Below the pieces are notes generated by a model that was not told the DNA's origin, did no database searches, and saw only the letters and a list, made by a program, of their open reading frames with translations. From assembly GCA_965644295.1 (NCBI GenBank), contig CBFFRP010000199.1, positions 527,207 to 591,206 on the forward strand: DNA of 64,000 bases, written 5' to 3'. The DNA is from Paraphysomonas bandaiensis (Eukaryota > Protista > Chrysophyceae). Made by a program: the position numbers and the translations under genes. Below, piece after piece: positions 10,261 through 21,730 of the stretch (the first letter of the stretch is position 1; the number at the start of each line of letters is the position of its first letter).

Positions 10261-12015
10261 TTAGTTCGATGCTACTGCATCATCATCACCCAAAAGATTA
10301 GCTTCTTTAAGAGCGTCCATAATATCGGCTTGTGACACAGTTTCGTGCCTGTAGTAGTCCTCATCAGGCGGAGTTCCGCACACACTTGCAGCATCACTTT
10401 CCGCCCTGGTCAACGGCTTATGCTGCCAACTGACTGGTGCTTGTACTCCATACAGACCTTGAAATCGCTTGAGAAAGTCATCTTTGCACATCCAGAAAGC
10501 TCCGTCATCAGCGCAGCGAGTGTCATGCAATTCGTGTTTATACTGCTTGAATTCCTTTGAGTGATCACTCCATGCGCCCTGCCACTCCGACTCTCCCCCT
10601 ATGAACCATATATAAGCCAACATGACTACATTAACTTCTACACTCACATGTGTTTCGTAGGCGCAATAATTGTATAGTCTTGTTATATTTGTCTTTGAGC
10701 TCCACAGCGTCAATGACAGCGTACGCATGCTCAATACCACTCACGATACCGTTCGCATTTACTTTAGATAAATGCGGCTTGGTCACAGTCGCCGCACCGA
10801 TCCGGCATTTAACATCTTGCCTCAGTAACTTCGCAACAGTCTTCCACTCTTTACTCACTGTGAGGTTGTATTCCCGTGGCTCGAGGCCCGTCAGCATCTG
10901 CATAATTTCTCCTGCGTAATACGGACGGCGCAGTATCTGCGTATACCCCCCAGTACTGGCACCATAAATTTTGGCGATACACTTTTCCACCAAGTGTGGC
11001 CAAACGATATGTGCACCCTCACGACAGGTTGAGAACAACGGTGTCCCATCTCCCTCCCGACATGGTACGAAGTCATCGACTAGTACCCATCCGGGTACAG
11101 TTATGAGGGCAGGGGTGCCATCCTCATTCATCTTACCAGAAGGATCAGGGGTACTTACAAACACCTTGAGTGAATATACACCATAGATATTCAGTTCAGA
11201 CAACAGCGTTTTCATGAAACTACCCCTACAGAGAATATATAGTAAGGTGCACTATAATAAAATACTAAGCCAAACCTGTATATACATGCGATTGCACCAA
11301 TTGCAGCAGTGCAAGAGCATATTCCACTGTGTTTTTCATTCTGAATGATGTTGTCCCATATCTGAGTATCAGTCTCGTCGAATACTTTCATACCTTTACC
11401 GTATATGTAGGGTAGCCTATTGAAATGTCGTAGGGTGTGAAGGTCCGTGTACTGATTGTCGTGGTTAGGATTGCAAGGGGTAGCCAGCGATGGACCAGGA
11501 GGGAATTCTTCGTCTATAAAGAGCTGGTGGTAATCATGGCATATAGCTAATAATTTTGGAGCAGGGTCTTCTTTGTATATCTGCAGCATAGGGTCAGCGT
11601 GATCTAGACAGTGATGAATCTTCGGCAGTTCTGTTAGGTATGACAATATGTCAAAAGCAGCGGGCGACCTCTTGAAGAAGCCTATTTCAGTATTTGCCTC
11701 TTCACATTGACTAGGATTGTGCAATTCAGATTCAGAGAATGAAAGTGATGATGCCCCCTTAGGATCGTCTGTCCATGTGGTTGACTTTCTGGCCAACACA
11801 GGTGCGGTGTATTCTTTACGAAGTTTCAGTTCGAGAAAAAAACGCTCGCCTGACACAACAAGCGTCGAGTCGTGCTTTCCATCGATGATTCTAAATAAGG
11901 CTTCTTCATCGAAGCGCTTCTGCATATCGTCCGTCCACTGATCGCCTATGATATCTTTCACTTCTTGAAGAGTGTACCATCCATTAGGGTCCATTGTCGC
12001 AGCACCTGCACCCAT
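10261..12015 (-). CDS. Calpain-like cysteine protease (CysPc), 3 exons
   Basis: FIDEEFPP, IIQ...GICSCTAAI (Cys), WVLVDDFVP, WPHLVEKCIAK, HAYAV (His), LRLRNT|WG (Asn), DDGAFWM. Two ~50-nt GT-AG introns (one at 11226-11275) restore the frame. Start MGAGAA. Confidence 0.9.
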
Positions 12016-12847
12016 CTTAATCCTTTTCAAATATCAATATCGCTAACGATGGAAAGTATGAAACGAGGAGTCATATGTATGTATGTATGTATGTATGTAT
12101 ATATGAGTGTGGTCACGGTGCTGTCACACTTCGCTCTTCTTGTGCCCTTCAACTTCCAAGTACGCAGCTCTCGCTCTTCTTCTCTGTGTATATTATGTAC
12201 ATATGGAAGTACCGTTTCGCGTATACAGTACAAAAATCCCCACTTTAGACTTCGTTTCATCGTATTCAAAATTACTACACCGTATGTCCTGCTGTATTTC
12301 CGCGTATGAGCCAGAATCAACACACACACACACTGCACCTGCCTACACAGAGCAGGCAGTATCTTGCATCCAGCTGCAGCGTATCCATCCATTGATCTCC
12401 ACCTTCAGCAGCACAGGTAGATACCAATTCATGACTCTTATGAAGCTATTCTGGATTCAGTGACTCCAGAGCAGAGGTATTTATTGTAATTGTAATAACA
12501 GATCCTCCTATGCGCGGAGAGAGTTAATCACATTTGTGAAACAGCGAAATATTGTGCTTGAAAGAAGGAAATATTCTTTATAAGAGCCGAAATAATAGAA
12601 GCATATCCTTCTAGATATACAGAATTAATATACGGTCTTTGACCTTTTTAGTATTGTGTAAAACAGTGGGGTGTTCACTTAACCAAAATAGAAGATGTCG
12701 TGTAGTAATTAAAAGTGCTGGTAAGTGTAGAAATATTCTACGAGTAGGTTGACATGGTATGGTGGAATGTTCTTTGAGAGTTTAGGGTCAACAATATGTA
12801 CTACAGGAAATACAATAAGAAGATAAAAGATACTGTTCTGTAATACT

Positions 12848-12875
12848 AAATACAATATATTGATCCCTAGCCCTG
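12848..12875 (-). mobile_element. Solo hAT family A terminus
   Basis: Reverse complement CAGGGCTAGGGATCAATATATTGTATT matches the TIR at 8655. Confidence 0.6.
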
Positions 12876-13340
12876 ATATCGATATGTATACGATGTATCG
12901 ATGTATGTCATTATAAGCTAATACATTACATATAAAATAGGCCTGGTATTACTTTGTTTCTATAAACGTATAGGAGTTCGTGTGTGACCGTTTCTAACCC
13001 ATCATTGCGGGGTTAGAGTTATCGTTGGTGAAGTATCACAGTTATATCGTACAAAGTACTATTCTATTATTGCTTACTTGAAATACCTTGAATTATATGT
13101 TTCCTTTTAGTGAAATCTTCATATTACATACGGAAACAGACTGTATATGAGCACTCATATCTTCTCGCGCAATTACCAATCATTACTTAGCAATCACTGG
13201 ATAACATTCCACCACTCCGTAAGAATTTCACATCTCAAAACACAAAATTTATAAAGTCGATAACCAACTTCTCCAGATACGTGTTCACCACAAGATACAC
13301 ACATTATCGTACGAAGAAGAAATAGTACCGGAATACATTA

Positions 13341-14137
13341 CTATGTTAAATAATATAAGGCTTCATTGAGATGTAATGCAAACATCGTTCCTACAAATGT
13401 AAAGGCCATAATTGCAATCAGCACAATGGCAACTCCAGGTGAAACTGCATCCATTAATCTAAACGCTATCGCCATTCCGAGAGAAAGACACAAAACGGGA
13501 AATAAATGTAGACACTTTTTGAAAATCGTAACTGGTGAGCTCATTCGCTTGCGCTTCTTTTTGTAATCATATTTTGAATGCGAGTAAAACCAATCTCGAG
13601 CCTCGAATCTAACCTCACCGTTACGGTCATGTTGCTTTTTACCTTTCAACCACTCGTCTATTCCATAGTACTCTCTCATTACATCTGCACTCTCCTCCAA
13701 ACCAAATGAAAGCATAGAATTTCCCATAAGAGTTCTGAGCTTCACTGATATAGATAATAGAACTATAACAATGACGAAACCTATTATCACGGAAATGCCA
13801 AGCATGAGAACATAAAGATCAAATAAGCTCTTGAAATCGAAGTCCTTTCTCCTTGCGCTGACTATAAGATGAATACAAAAAACCAGCAACAACGCAGAAA
13901 ATCCAGCAACGCTGATGCCAATTTGTGCCTTTTTCTCCATCACTCGTTCTCCACGTCTTCCCTGCACCCAAATGTAATGTTAAGGCTGTATGTGATAGGA
14001 AATGTCTTTAATACCATGAAGAGAAATGTATTATCCGGTAACAACTCAAGTCCCGTTCCAAGTTCAACATTATTTTCAAGGTCAAAAGTAAGATCCGACC
14101 TGCTGAGAGATGGATGTACACTGCAATTCGTAGTCAT
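13341..14137 (-). CDS. Hypothetical four-TM membrane protein, 2 exons
   Basis: A GT-AG intron joins ...FLFM to GRRGERVMEKK. Four hydrophobic segments in two pairs. Confidence 0.65.
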
Positions 14138-14603
14138 TTAATGATTATAAACACTAAACAACCACCCACATCATCACTTTCGGAATTGGATAATAATTAT
14201 CAACAGGACAACAATCGTATAGAACCAACAATAATCCTTACTAATCTCGATTCATACCATGCTACTATCAGCCTGCTTTTCTCCAGTAAACTCTGTACAT
14301 GTTACTGACCGAGACACATGTTTTGATCCTCACCAAAAACAAGCACACTGACAAGTATAAGTTGCAACCACTGCGGTATACGGTTGTATATGTGTATATG
14401 TAGGTTGTGTGTATGTGTATGCAAGTATATATTCGAGAATGTAATTATGTATGTAGGGTGGGTAGGTACAGTAGATAGGTACAGCGGCAGAAAGGTACGT
14501 ATGTGGGTGTGTATAAACTGCGTTCACAGTGATATGCTGATGTGCACTGCAAGACAGCAGCTTCACAGCAGTACAGAACCGTCTCATCAAAGAGCGTTCT
14601 CCT

Positions 14604-16569
14604 ATGAATCGTTCTCTTGGAAGAGTCATCAAGTCAGTGCGATGTCGCCGTGGATCCCTCTGTATCACTCAGTGGCGCAGCGGCTCATCGTCTTCCTCAT
14701 CTTTTGAGACGATGCTTCAGCCCCACCACACATCTGTCGTCAAGGAGGAAGCCGTGCTACTGGGACAACTATATACCGCCTTGGCCACACTGGATCCTGA
14801 TTCTCCGGATTTAAGTGTCATTAAAGACACGATGTCAGGTATAGACGATCTGTTCATGGTGGTGGTGGTGGGAGAGTTCAACTCAGGGAAGGTAAAGAAA
14901 GACGCATCAGTTTATCAAATGTTTTAATTGTTTTGCTAGTCGACGCTTATAAACAGCCTTCTCGGTGGGGACTATCTTAAGTGTGGTGTGTTACCCACAA
15001 CAGCGAAAGTATGCGTCCTGCGATATATAAATAGTATCGAATCCCGTACATGGCGCAGCACCGACAACTTACTGCTTAAGGACTTTGAGGAAATTGATCT
15101 GCCTGTAGAGTGGCTTCAACATATTGCCATCGTGGATACTCCAGGCACGAATGCGATAATAGCGCAGCACGAAAAAATCACTCACCAAGTAATACCACGA
15201 GCGGATCTTGTGCTGTTTGTAACATCTGCCGAACGACCAGTATCAGAGTCGGAGGCATCGTTTCTTCGAAAAATCAGCCAGTGGGGCAAGAAAGTTATAA
15301 TGGTGGTGAACAAGATGGATATCGTCCAGCCCGCTGAACGTGACGAAATTGTAGCTTTTGTGACACAAAATTCTGCCACCATTCTGGGAACACGAAACCC
15401 ATTACCCGTTTTCGGAGTATCTGGTAAACAAGGCTTGTCGGCAAAATTAAAGTCATCAGACAATAAAGGAAACAGCTGGGATAGTGGCAATATGGTATCT
15501 CTGGAGCGATACTTGCTCAAGATCCTTGGAAAAGAGGAGATAATCCGTAACAAGCTCGAGAATCCTCTCAACGTGGCGGATCGTGTAGTGGCAACGGCAG
15601 AAGGTATTATATCAGAGCGGCAGCAAATGTTAGAGGGTGACTCACGGGTGCTAGAATTCATAGAGGAAAATATGGATGCGTTTGTGTATGATATAGAAAG
15701 GGATGTAAGATACTTCCGTCAGCAGATCCACGTAGTGCTGAACGGTCTAGTTGTACGTGGGGACCGGTTTCTAGATGAAAACATATCTATTTTTAAACCT
15801 CAACTATTATTTGATAGTAAAGCCTTTGAAGAAGCGTTTAAGCGTGAGGTTTTGATTGATATTGAGTCACCCGTAGAAGACATTATAGGTGATGTCAGTG
15901 AACTCATTTCGAAGCGTGCGCGGGCACAGGCAGAGGCAGTATCAACTTACATAGGCACTCGTCCGAGTAAATATGCTGGAAAAATAATTGGAACAGTGCG
16001 CTCAGGCGCGGCTACATCAGATGACTTTCATACGTCACGACATGTGTTGCTGGAGCGTTTACGTAGAGATAGTGGGGACGTCATGCGCACTCACACACAG
16101 GCGGAAGAGTCGGCCCGTGTGACAAATGCAGTCAGAAACTGTGTACAGCAGATTGCAGCTCTACAAGCGGTTTCGGTGGTGTCTCTTGGTGGCTTGATAT
16201 CTGCACACATGTTGGATGTCACTGGTGTTGCCGTTTTATCGGGATTTGCTGCCTCCACACTGCTTTTACTCCCATATAGAAGAAATGTGATGAAGTATGG
16301 ATATGTATTGGATACTGTTTTGTTATAACTTGTATATATCTTTCAGGCAAGAGTTTGCGGATAAAATAAAGGTGTTAGAGAGCCGCCTAGACGAAGTATT
16401 GACTAATAATATTGAGACTCAGTTGCATGGAGTCAAGGAGAAGATAGGCGATTCCATAGGGCCGTATTCACGATTTGTGCGTGTAGAAAATAAGAAGACC
16501 GCAGAAGTAGCAGAAGAAATGAAATTCATCAAGGCCGCCATTGCCAAAGTTCGGTCACAGATTAGATAG
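14604..16569 (+). CDS. FZL/bacterial dynamin-like GTPase, 3 exons
   Basis: VVVGEFNSGK|STLINSLLG, GVLPTT, IVDTPGTNA, IPRADLVLFVTSAERP, VVNKMD, coiled-coil stalk and paired hydrophobic helices. Intron 14892-14939 and one near 16295-16346. Confidence 0.9.
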
Positions 16570-16772
16570 ATTAAATTATTGACATCGTTCAATTTATATA
16601 CTTTGCACTTTGGCGATTCGGATTTCCTAGATATGCATAACTATTGTTTCTTCTTAATCTTCACTCTTTTCTATTTCTATAGCCCTGTCTTGATATTTCA
16701 ATGTCTTGCAGTATGCAGTCTGCAGTATGATACGTTATACATTGTGCAATTGACGCAATCGACGTGAGTTAA

Positions 16773-16992
16773 TAGTGTAGTGAATGTCTGATTATTAGCA
16801 ATAGGCATGTAAGAGTCAGAAATAATGTACTAAAAAATTTAACTCAAGTGCTTAACTCTGATATCCTACTATTTAACGCTACGAAAGCTGCTTGTCCGTC
16901 ACCAAGGTGCAACCACTTTCTCTCTGACCTTAAGGTAAACAGCCCGGATGCTTGAAGTCAGTAGGTTGCCCATTACCCCCGATGCCCTTGAG
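16773..16992 (-). mobile_element. 5'-truncated copy (3' ~220 bp) of the ~465-bp retroposon
   Basis: Reverse complement aligns with 27000-27233 and 38640-38950 and ends TAATAATCAGACATTCACTACACTA. Confidence 0.85.
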
Positions 16993-17108
16993 GTGGTGCG
17001 GTGACTCACAAGCAGATTTTGTAGCGTTAAATAGTATCAGAGGTAAGCACTAGTTAGTTAAATTGCAATGCTAAATTAGGTCTGCTATGAATAAGACATT
17101 CACAACTA
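16993..17108 (+). mobile_element. 5'-truncated copy (3' ~115 bp) of the same retroposon, head-to-head with the previous copy
   Basis: TGCGGTGACTCACAAGCAG...AAGCACTAGTTAGTTAAATTGCAATGCTA...AGACATTCAC matches 27094-27231. Confidence 0.85.
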
Positions 17109-17484
17109 GAGTTGCTAACTGCCGACGGCGAGCACGTTGCACCACGCACGGCAGGGCATCTATCAAGGTATCGCCACACCCAATACTTGCTAAGTCCAAG
17201 TCCAAGAGGTAGGCGCTCTCGCACCCTGTGCGACGTAAACTAAGGTTGCTCCATATAAATGTTTCTTCACAAAGAACTTGGCTGTGAGTGGACAGAATAT
17301 TATCTGCTGTATACAATTGCGTTTTAATTTTATTCTATCATCACCCCGAATCTGGAGATCGGGAAAAATATATCTAACTTATTAAACCCCACTTCATTCA
17401 AAGATTATGTAATCTGACATCATATTACAAAAACAAGACTATAAGTGGGAGAGCAATGTTAGCTGTAGTTTAGTTGAAGTCAGA

Positions 17485-19755
17485 CTACTGCTTCGACAAA
17501 ACAATCTCCTTCTTCGATGTTCCCGCTCGAGGGTGTGTTGCAAGTACATGGATAGAATCTCCTTCATTTCCAAGCAACGTCCAAGTGGCCATTGCTCTAT
17601 CAGGTGTACCATCACAGCCACTCCTATGCATGTGTAAGATAAAACTAAAAGCTAAATACAGCATACCAATCCACTCTCGTCGCCAGCCTCCCACTTAACT
17701 GACCGAGCTTCACACGCTGTGGCGAATGCCCATCAGCCATTACCAAGCACTCACCCGTCTGTATTACATATTAGAGTCATAAAAGTCGATCTCAATACTT
17801 GTACCGCAGACATTATTTCAACGGACACCGGGAGGACAGCATCAATCTCTATCGCCTTCTCAGTGACATTGGTTGGCAAGAACCCAGTGTTTGCAATTCC
17901 TAGCATAAAAGTGATGTGTCTACAGATAGAAAGTACGTTTAGGTACCAATATCCACCCTCCATATGCCTTTAGACTCTCCCGATACCACATCAGTGCGAC
18001 CTACAAGTGTCGAACGAGTCATCACCACCTCTAACTTTGGTGACAACATAGCCTACACGCCAAATGCGACGTCAGTACGCTCCACAATTATTCGCAATAT
18101 AAGCGAGACCTGGTATATAGCAAAATCAGAATGGGGAGCAACTTCCTGCTTCAAAAGATGAGGAGGAGGATTCGTGATGAGTCTAAAGTCATTCGGTCCA
18201 CCGAGTTCAACTTGTCCAAGCTGTGGGTGTGTAAAAGGCCGCCATGGTTGAAAAAACTCTGGCGCGTTAGCATCTGCCCACTTTGCTATGGCAAGCATCT
18301 CGTCTACGGTTGGACCCAAGTACCATATCTTGGTAGAAGCACGGTGTCCGGTAGCAGCGTAGATAACATCCCAAAACTCAGTTGTCCAGGAGAATACACC
18401 AACATGGTCGTACATGAAGTCGTCTGAGGCACCGCTCATGCAGTGCTTCTTGTCGAACGTGAAATCCTCGAAGCAGCTATGCGTTGGATTACCTGTCAGT
18501 TCTGTCCCGCGCTCTCCCATCTGTGTTTTACGCAGGACAATAAGATAAAAGCATATATGTAGTCATCCGTTGTATCACCTCTTTAAACACCCATAGATCT
18601 ACGGGTGAAAGATCGGAGTCGGGTTTACAAGAGTGAGGGCGTAAGAGCACTCCACCGGCGGTGTGATATGCATTGTAGCCGCACACATTCGGCCGAGATG
18701 TAATGGCACGCACCAGATGGTATATCTGCCTAACTATTAGCTATAAAACTGTACAGTCTCTCGCAAAATACTCACCTCAGGCTCTGACAGAGCATGCTCT
18801 CCCGACCCCTTCACCTCCTTCCCCCAGCCTGCAGGAAAGTTCCGGTTAAGATCTAAGCCGGCACGGTTTCCGGGTGTAGGGATGGTAAATCCATCGTAGT
18901 TTTCAATCATACCCTCGGTAAGTAGGCGGTATCTCTGAATCGGACCCTCGCTGCCGATCGCTGACGGAAGAGGACACAGTGGTGAATCTTTATGGTCGAC
19001 TGGGATCATTACACGGTCATCGGAGGGATGAGAAACCCATGCACCGTGAGGATCTTTCACACGCATCGTCAGAATGTTCCCATCACCATCAATATCGGAA
19101 GCAACGATTCCAGGCCATTTGTGGCCTGCCCATGGCCATGGACGCACGGAGGACCTCAAATACGTAGGATTATCCGCCAAGGCAGCCTAACATTTAGCTC
19201 AAGTCAAATTGAAAAGTTATATTAATGATTATCACTTGCCTCTACGCCGTCAGGGTTCACTCGAGGAGCTATGTAAAAGGTTCTTGTCCGAAGGGCTTCA
19301 ACAATGCGACTATTACCAGATGTATAGCCGACTGCTAGGTGGTGAATCAAGTGACATGCTGCCACACCAGATGTCGTTTCGGTAGAATGAATATTAGCTG
19401 TGACAGCAAATGAATTACACGAAACACGCATGCTACTGATAAGGAGGGCGAGGGTGAGGGATTAACGCATGTATGTGCAGGTCATCATATGATCTCATGT
19501 ATGCATAGCACTGACCGTCCACCCAGTGCGCAGGCTTCTCATGATGCAATCCAGTGGACTTATCAGTGACAGTAACTAGCCATAGATCCCTCCCCTGTTG
19601 ACTCTTCCCGTAAGACTCAACCAGTATGAGGTGAGGGTGTTTCTGCTGCATGTCATGCAGCCACTCGCTCAGATCATCATAACGTAAGAACCTGTCTGCA
19701 CTGCTGTTATCCAGTGTACACACACACACAGATGCTTACCGAAACCATACTCCAT
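17485..19755 (-). CDS. M14 zinc carboxypeptidase, bacterial-like subtype, multi-exon
   Basis: Spliced MEYGF|DRFLRYDDL, GKSQQGRDLW, D|ANIHSTE (HxxE), PRVNPDG, DLNRNFP, SEPE, AYHTAGG, TTEFW. Confidence 0.9.
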
Positions 19756-20133
19756 GCTGTTGGATGATGTTCAGGTGGTCTAATCCGCTCTCTCTCTATA
19801 TATATATATGTATATTCTACAGGAAGAGTGCGGCTGGAAGAGGCTCTCAGTGTACCGGTGCAGGTGTACGCATAGAGCTCCATCCCTGCAGCAGTACAGC
19901 AGTGCAGCAGTGCAGCAGTACAGAATAGTTCTCTGGATACAACTCTGTATGTGGATGTATGATTCGGAATACTCTGCCCTACAGCCACATCTGCAGCTGC
20001 CACTGCAGCTCGCTCAGTGCCTCATCCCGCATCCTCCACACCTGCTGAGGGCTCGAGGAGCAGAGGAGGGTCTCATTGGACTGACAGCCCATCCCTCCAC
20101 ATCATACACAGCGTATGGTACATACGTGAGGCC

Positions 20134-21087
20134 ATGACGATGTCCCTGATGATGGTATTGCTGTCTGTGTGTCCTGCTGTGTTGTATGCTTTACAGAGTA
20201 CAGAGCACGCATCTGTTGACCGTGTAATGACATCTACAGCCACCAGAGCGTATATCATACACGGCGACCGCAGAAGAACACACAGTCTCAGAAGATTCGT
20301 GCACGATATGGGCTTCAGTCCGAAGCATGTGGAGTATGTCCCAGCCGTTAAACGGATTCATATAACGTCCAGTAAGTTTATGCGGTCACTGCAGCAGATG
20401 GGATTCATAGACAACAGGTGGATACAGAGATATGTTACTACTGTTAGAGACCAAAATAATTTAATGAGTAATTATGGGCGTTTGGCATTAATAATCACTA
20501 TGGACAAAATAATGGGGAAGTTCTTAGCCTCCAACTATAGTAATATGCTTTTGTTTGAAGACGACGTAGCAATAAGTCCTGAATTCAGTCCAGATACTGC
20601 TCGATCATTGTTTGTATCAATGCTTGACGTTCCATCTGAACACTGGCACGTGCAGTATTTGGGTTTTTGTTACGAGTGTGGAAATTCAACGAATTATCAA
20701 CACAGAGTTGTCACCTCTAGCTATGTGAATGCTGTTTTTCCACTCTGCAAGCACGCGATATTAATGAGCCGAAAATTGGTCACGCTATTCATGAATACAT
20801 ATAAACCACTGACAAGTAATAAAGGTGACTGGATGTTACACGACACTTTATGCAAGTACGGCCTCAACGCTATTCGTCCAATTACTCCTATTTTTGTGCA
20901 AAATACGACCTATCAATCACGACTGGGAAATTTTTTTGACAAGAGACCTTTTGCGAATTGGGTCAGTTGTAATGAAGAAGAAAGTAAATGCTTGGCGTCT
21001 ACTAGAGTCACAATGGAGTTGAAATCTTTGATGACCACTTTGAAGAAGCGTCCTATAACTACGTACGTTAAATTACCAGCCAGCTGA
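20134..21087 (+). CDS. Secretory-pathway glycosyltransferase, GT25-like
   Basis: Hydrophobic N-terminus; AYIIH...RR; LLFEDDV; WHVQYLG; CKHAILMSR; GDWML; PIFVQ. Confidence 0.75.
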   Translation: MTMSLMMVLLSVCPAVLYALQSTEHASVDRVMTSTATRAYIIHGDRRRTHSLRRFVHDMGFSPKHVEYVPAVKRIHITSSKFMRSLQQMGFIDNRWIQRYVTTVRDQNNLMSNYGRLALIITMDKIMGKFLASNYSNMLLFEDDVAISPEFSPDTARSLFVSMLDVPSEHWHVQYLGFCYECGNSTNYQHRVVTSSYVNAVFPLCKHAILMSRKLVTLFMNTYKPLTSNKGDWMLHDTLCKYGLNAIRPITPIFVQNTTYQSRLGNFFDKRPFANWVSCNEEESKCLASTRVTMELKSLMTTLKKRPITTYVKLPAS

Positions 21088-21251
21088 CATCACATGCCTG
21101 TATATAGCCCTTTCCAGTAAGTATATAGCAACTTTCCAGTATGTGGAATGTTATAGGAAGCAATTACGTTGGTAATTAGATTCCATAACAAATAACAACT
21201 AAATGTTTTTGTGAAATTAAGGTTTAGTAATTAGTTATAATCGTTTTTCTA

Positions 21252-21421
21252 TATAAGAATATCTGATTATTACATGAGAACGGTTGTGTACAGAAATTAG
21301 TTTTACATCTATAGTCTAACTAATAAGGGGACTTGCTATATACGACTAGTGGTGGGCAACCGTCTCGGGACTGCTTGTGCATCGCTGCGAGCACCATGGT
21401 GCAACCGTGCAACCTAATCAT
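21252..21421 (-). mobile_element. Severely 5'-truncated copy of the LINE 3' UTR
   Basis: Aligns with 56692-56851, with 54 nt identical (21355-21408 vs 56798-56851). Candidate TSD TTTTTCTA at 21244-21251 and 21422-21429. Confidence 0.85.
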
Positions 21422-21730
21422 TTTTTCTAGACTAAAATGTAGTTGCCATCTAATTTGAAACAAACTTCGATTCGATGAGGCATCCTTCCCATTTTCCACT
21501 TTAATATAGGCTTACCGTGTGCCACCATTAGTACTACATACTTGGACAGAGTGATCAGAATCAAGAAATGTCAAAACGTGGGCAGCACAAGTATGGTAAT
21601 GTAAAAGATTGATTACTAGAGTTAACAAATCATTCGTGCAATTAGGGTAGCAAGTGATAAACCACTTTATTCCGTATGGCATGGTATTGTAACCTCATAA
21701 TATCAGTGCGCAAAAATTAGACGAAATGCC

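Noticed and set aside
16773-17108. CACTA/EnSpm transposon suggested by CACTA ends and inverted symmetry
   Set aside because: The orientation is reversed (TAGTG...CACAACTA), and the arms are retroposon tails that occur singly elsewhere.
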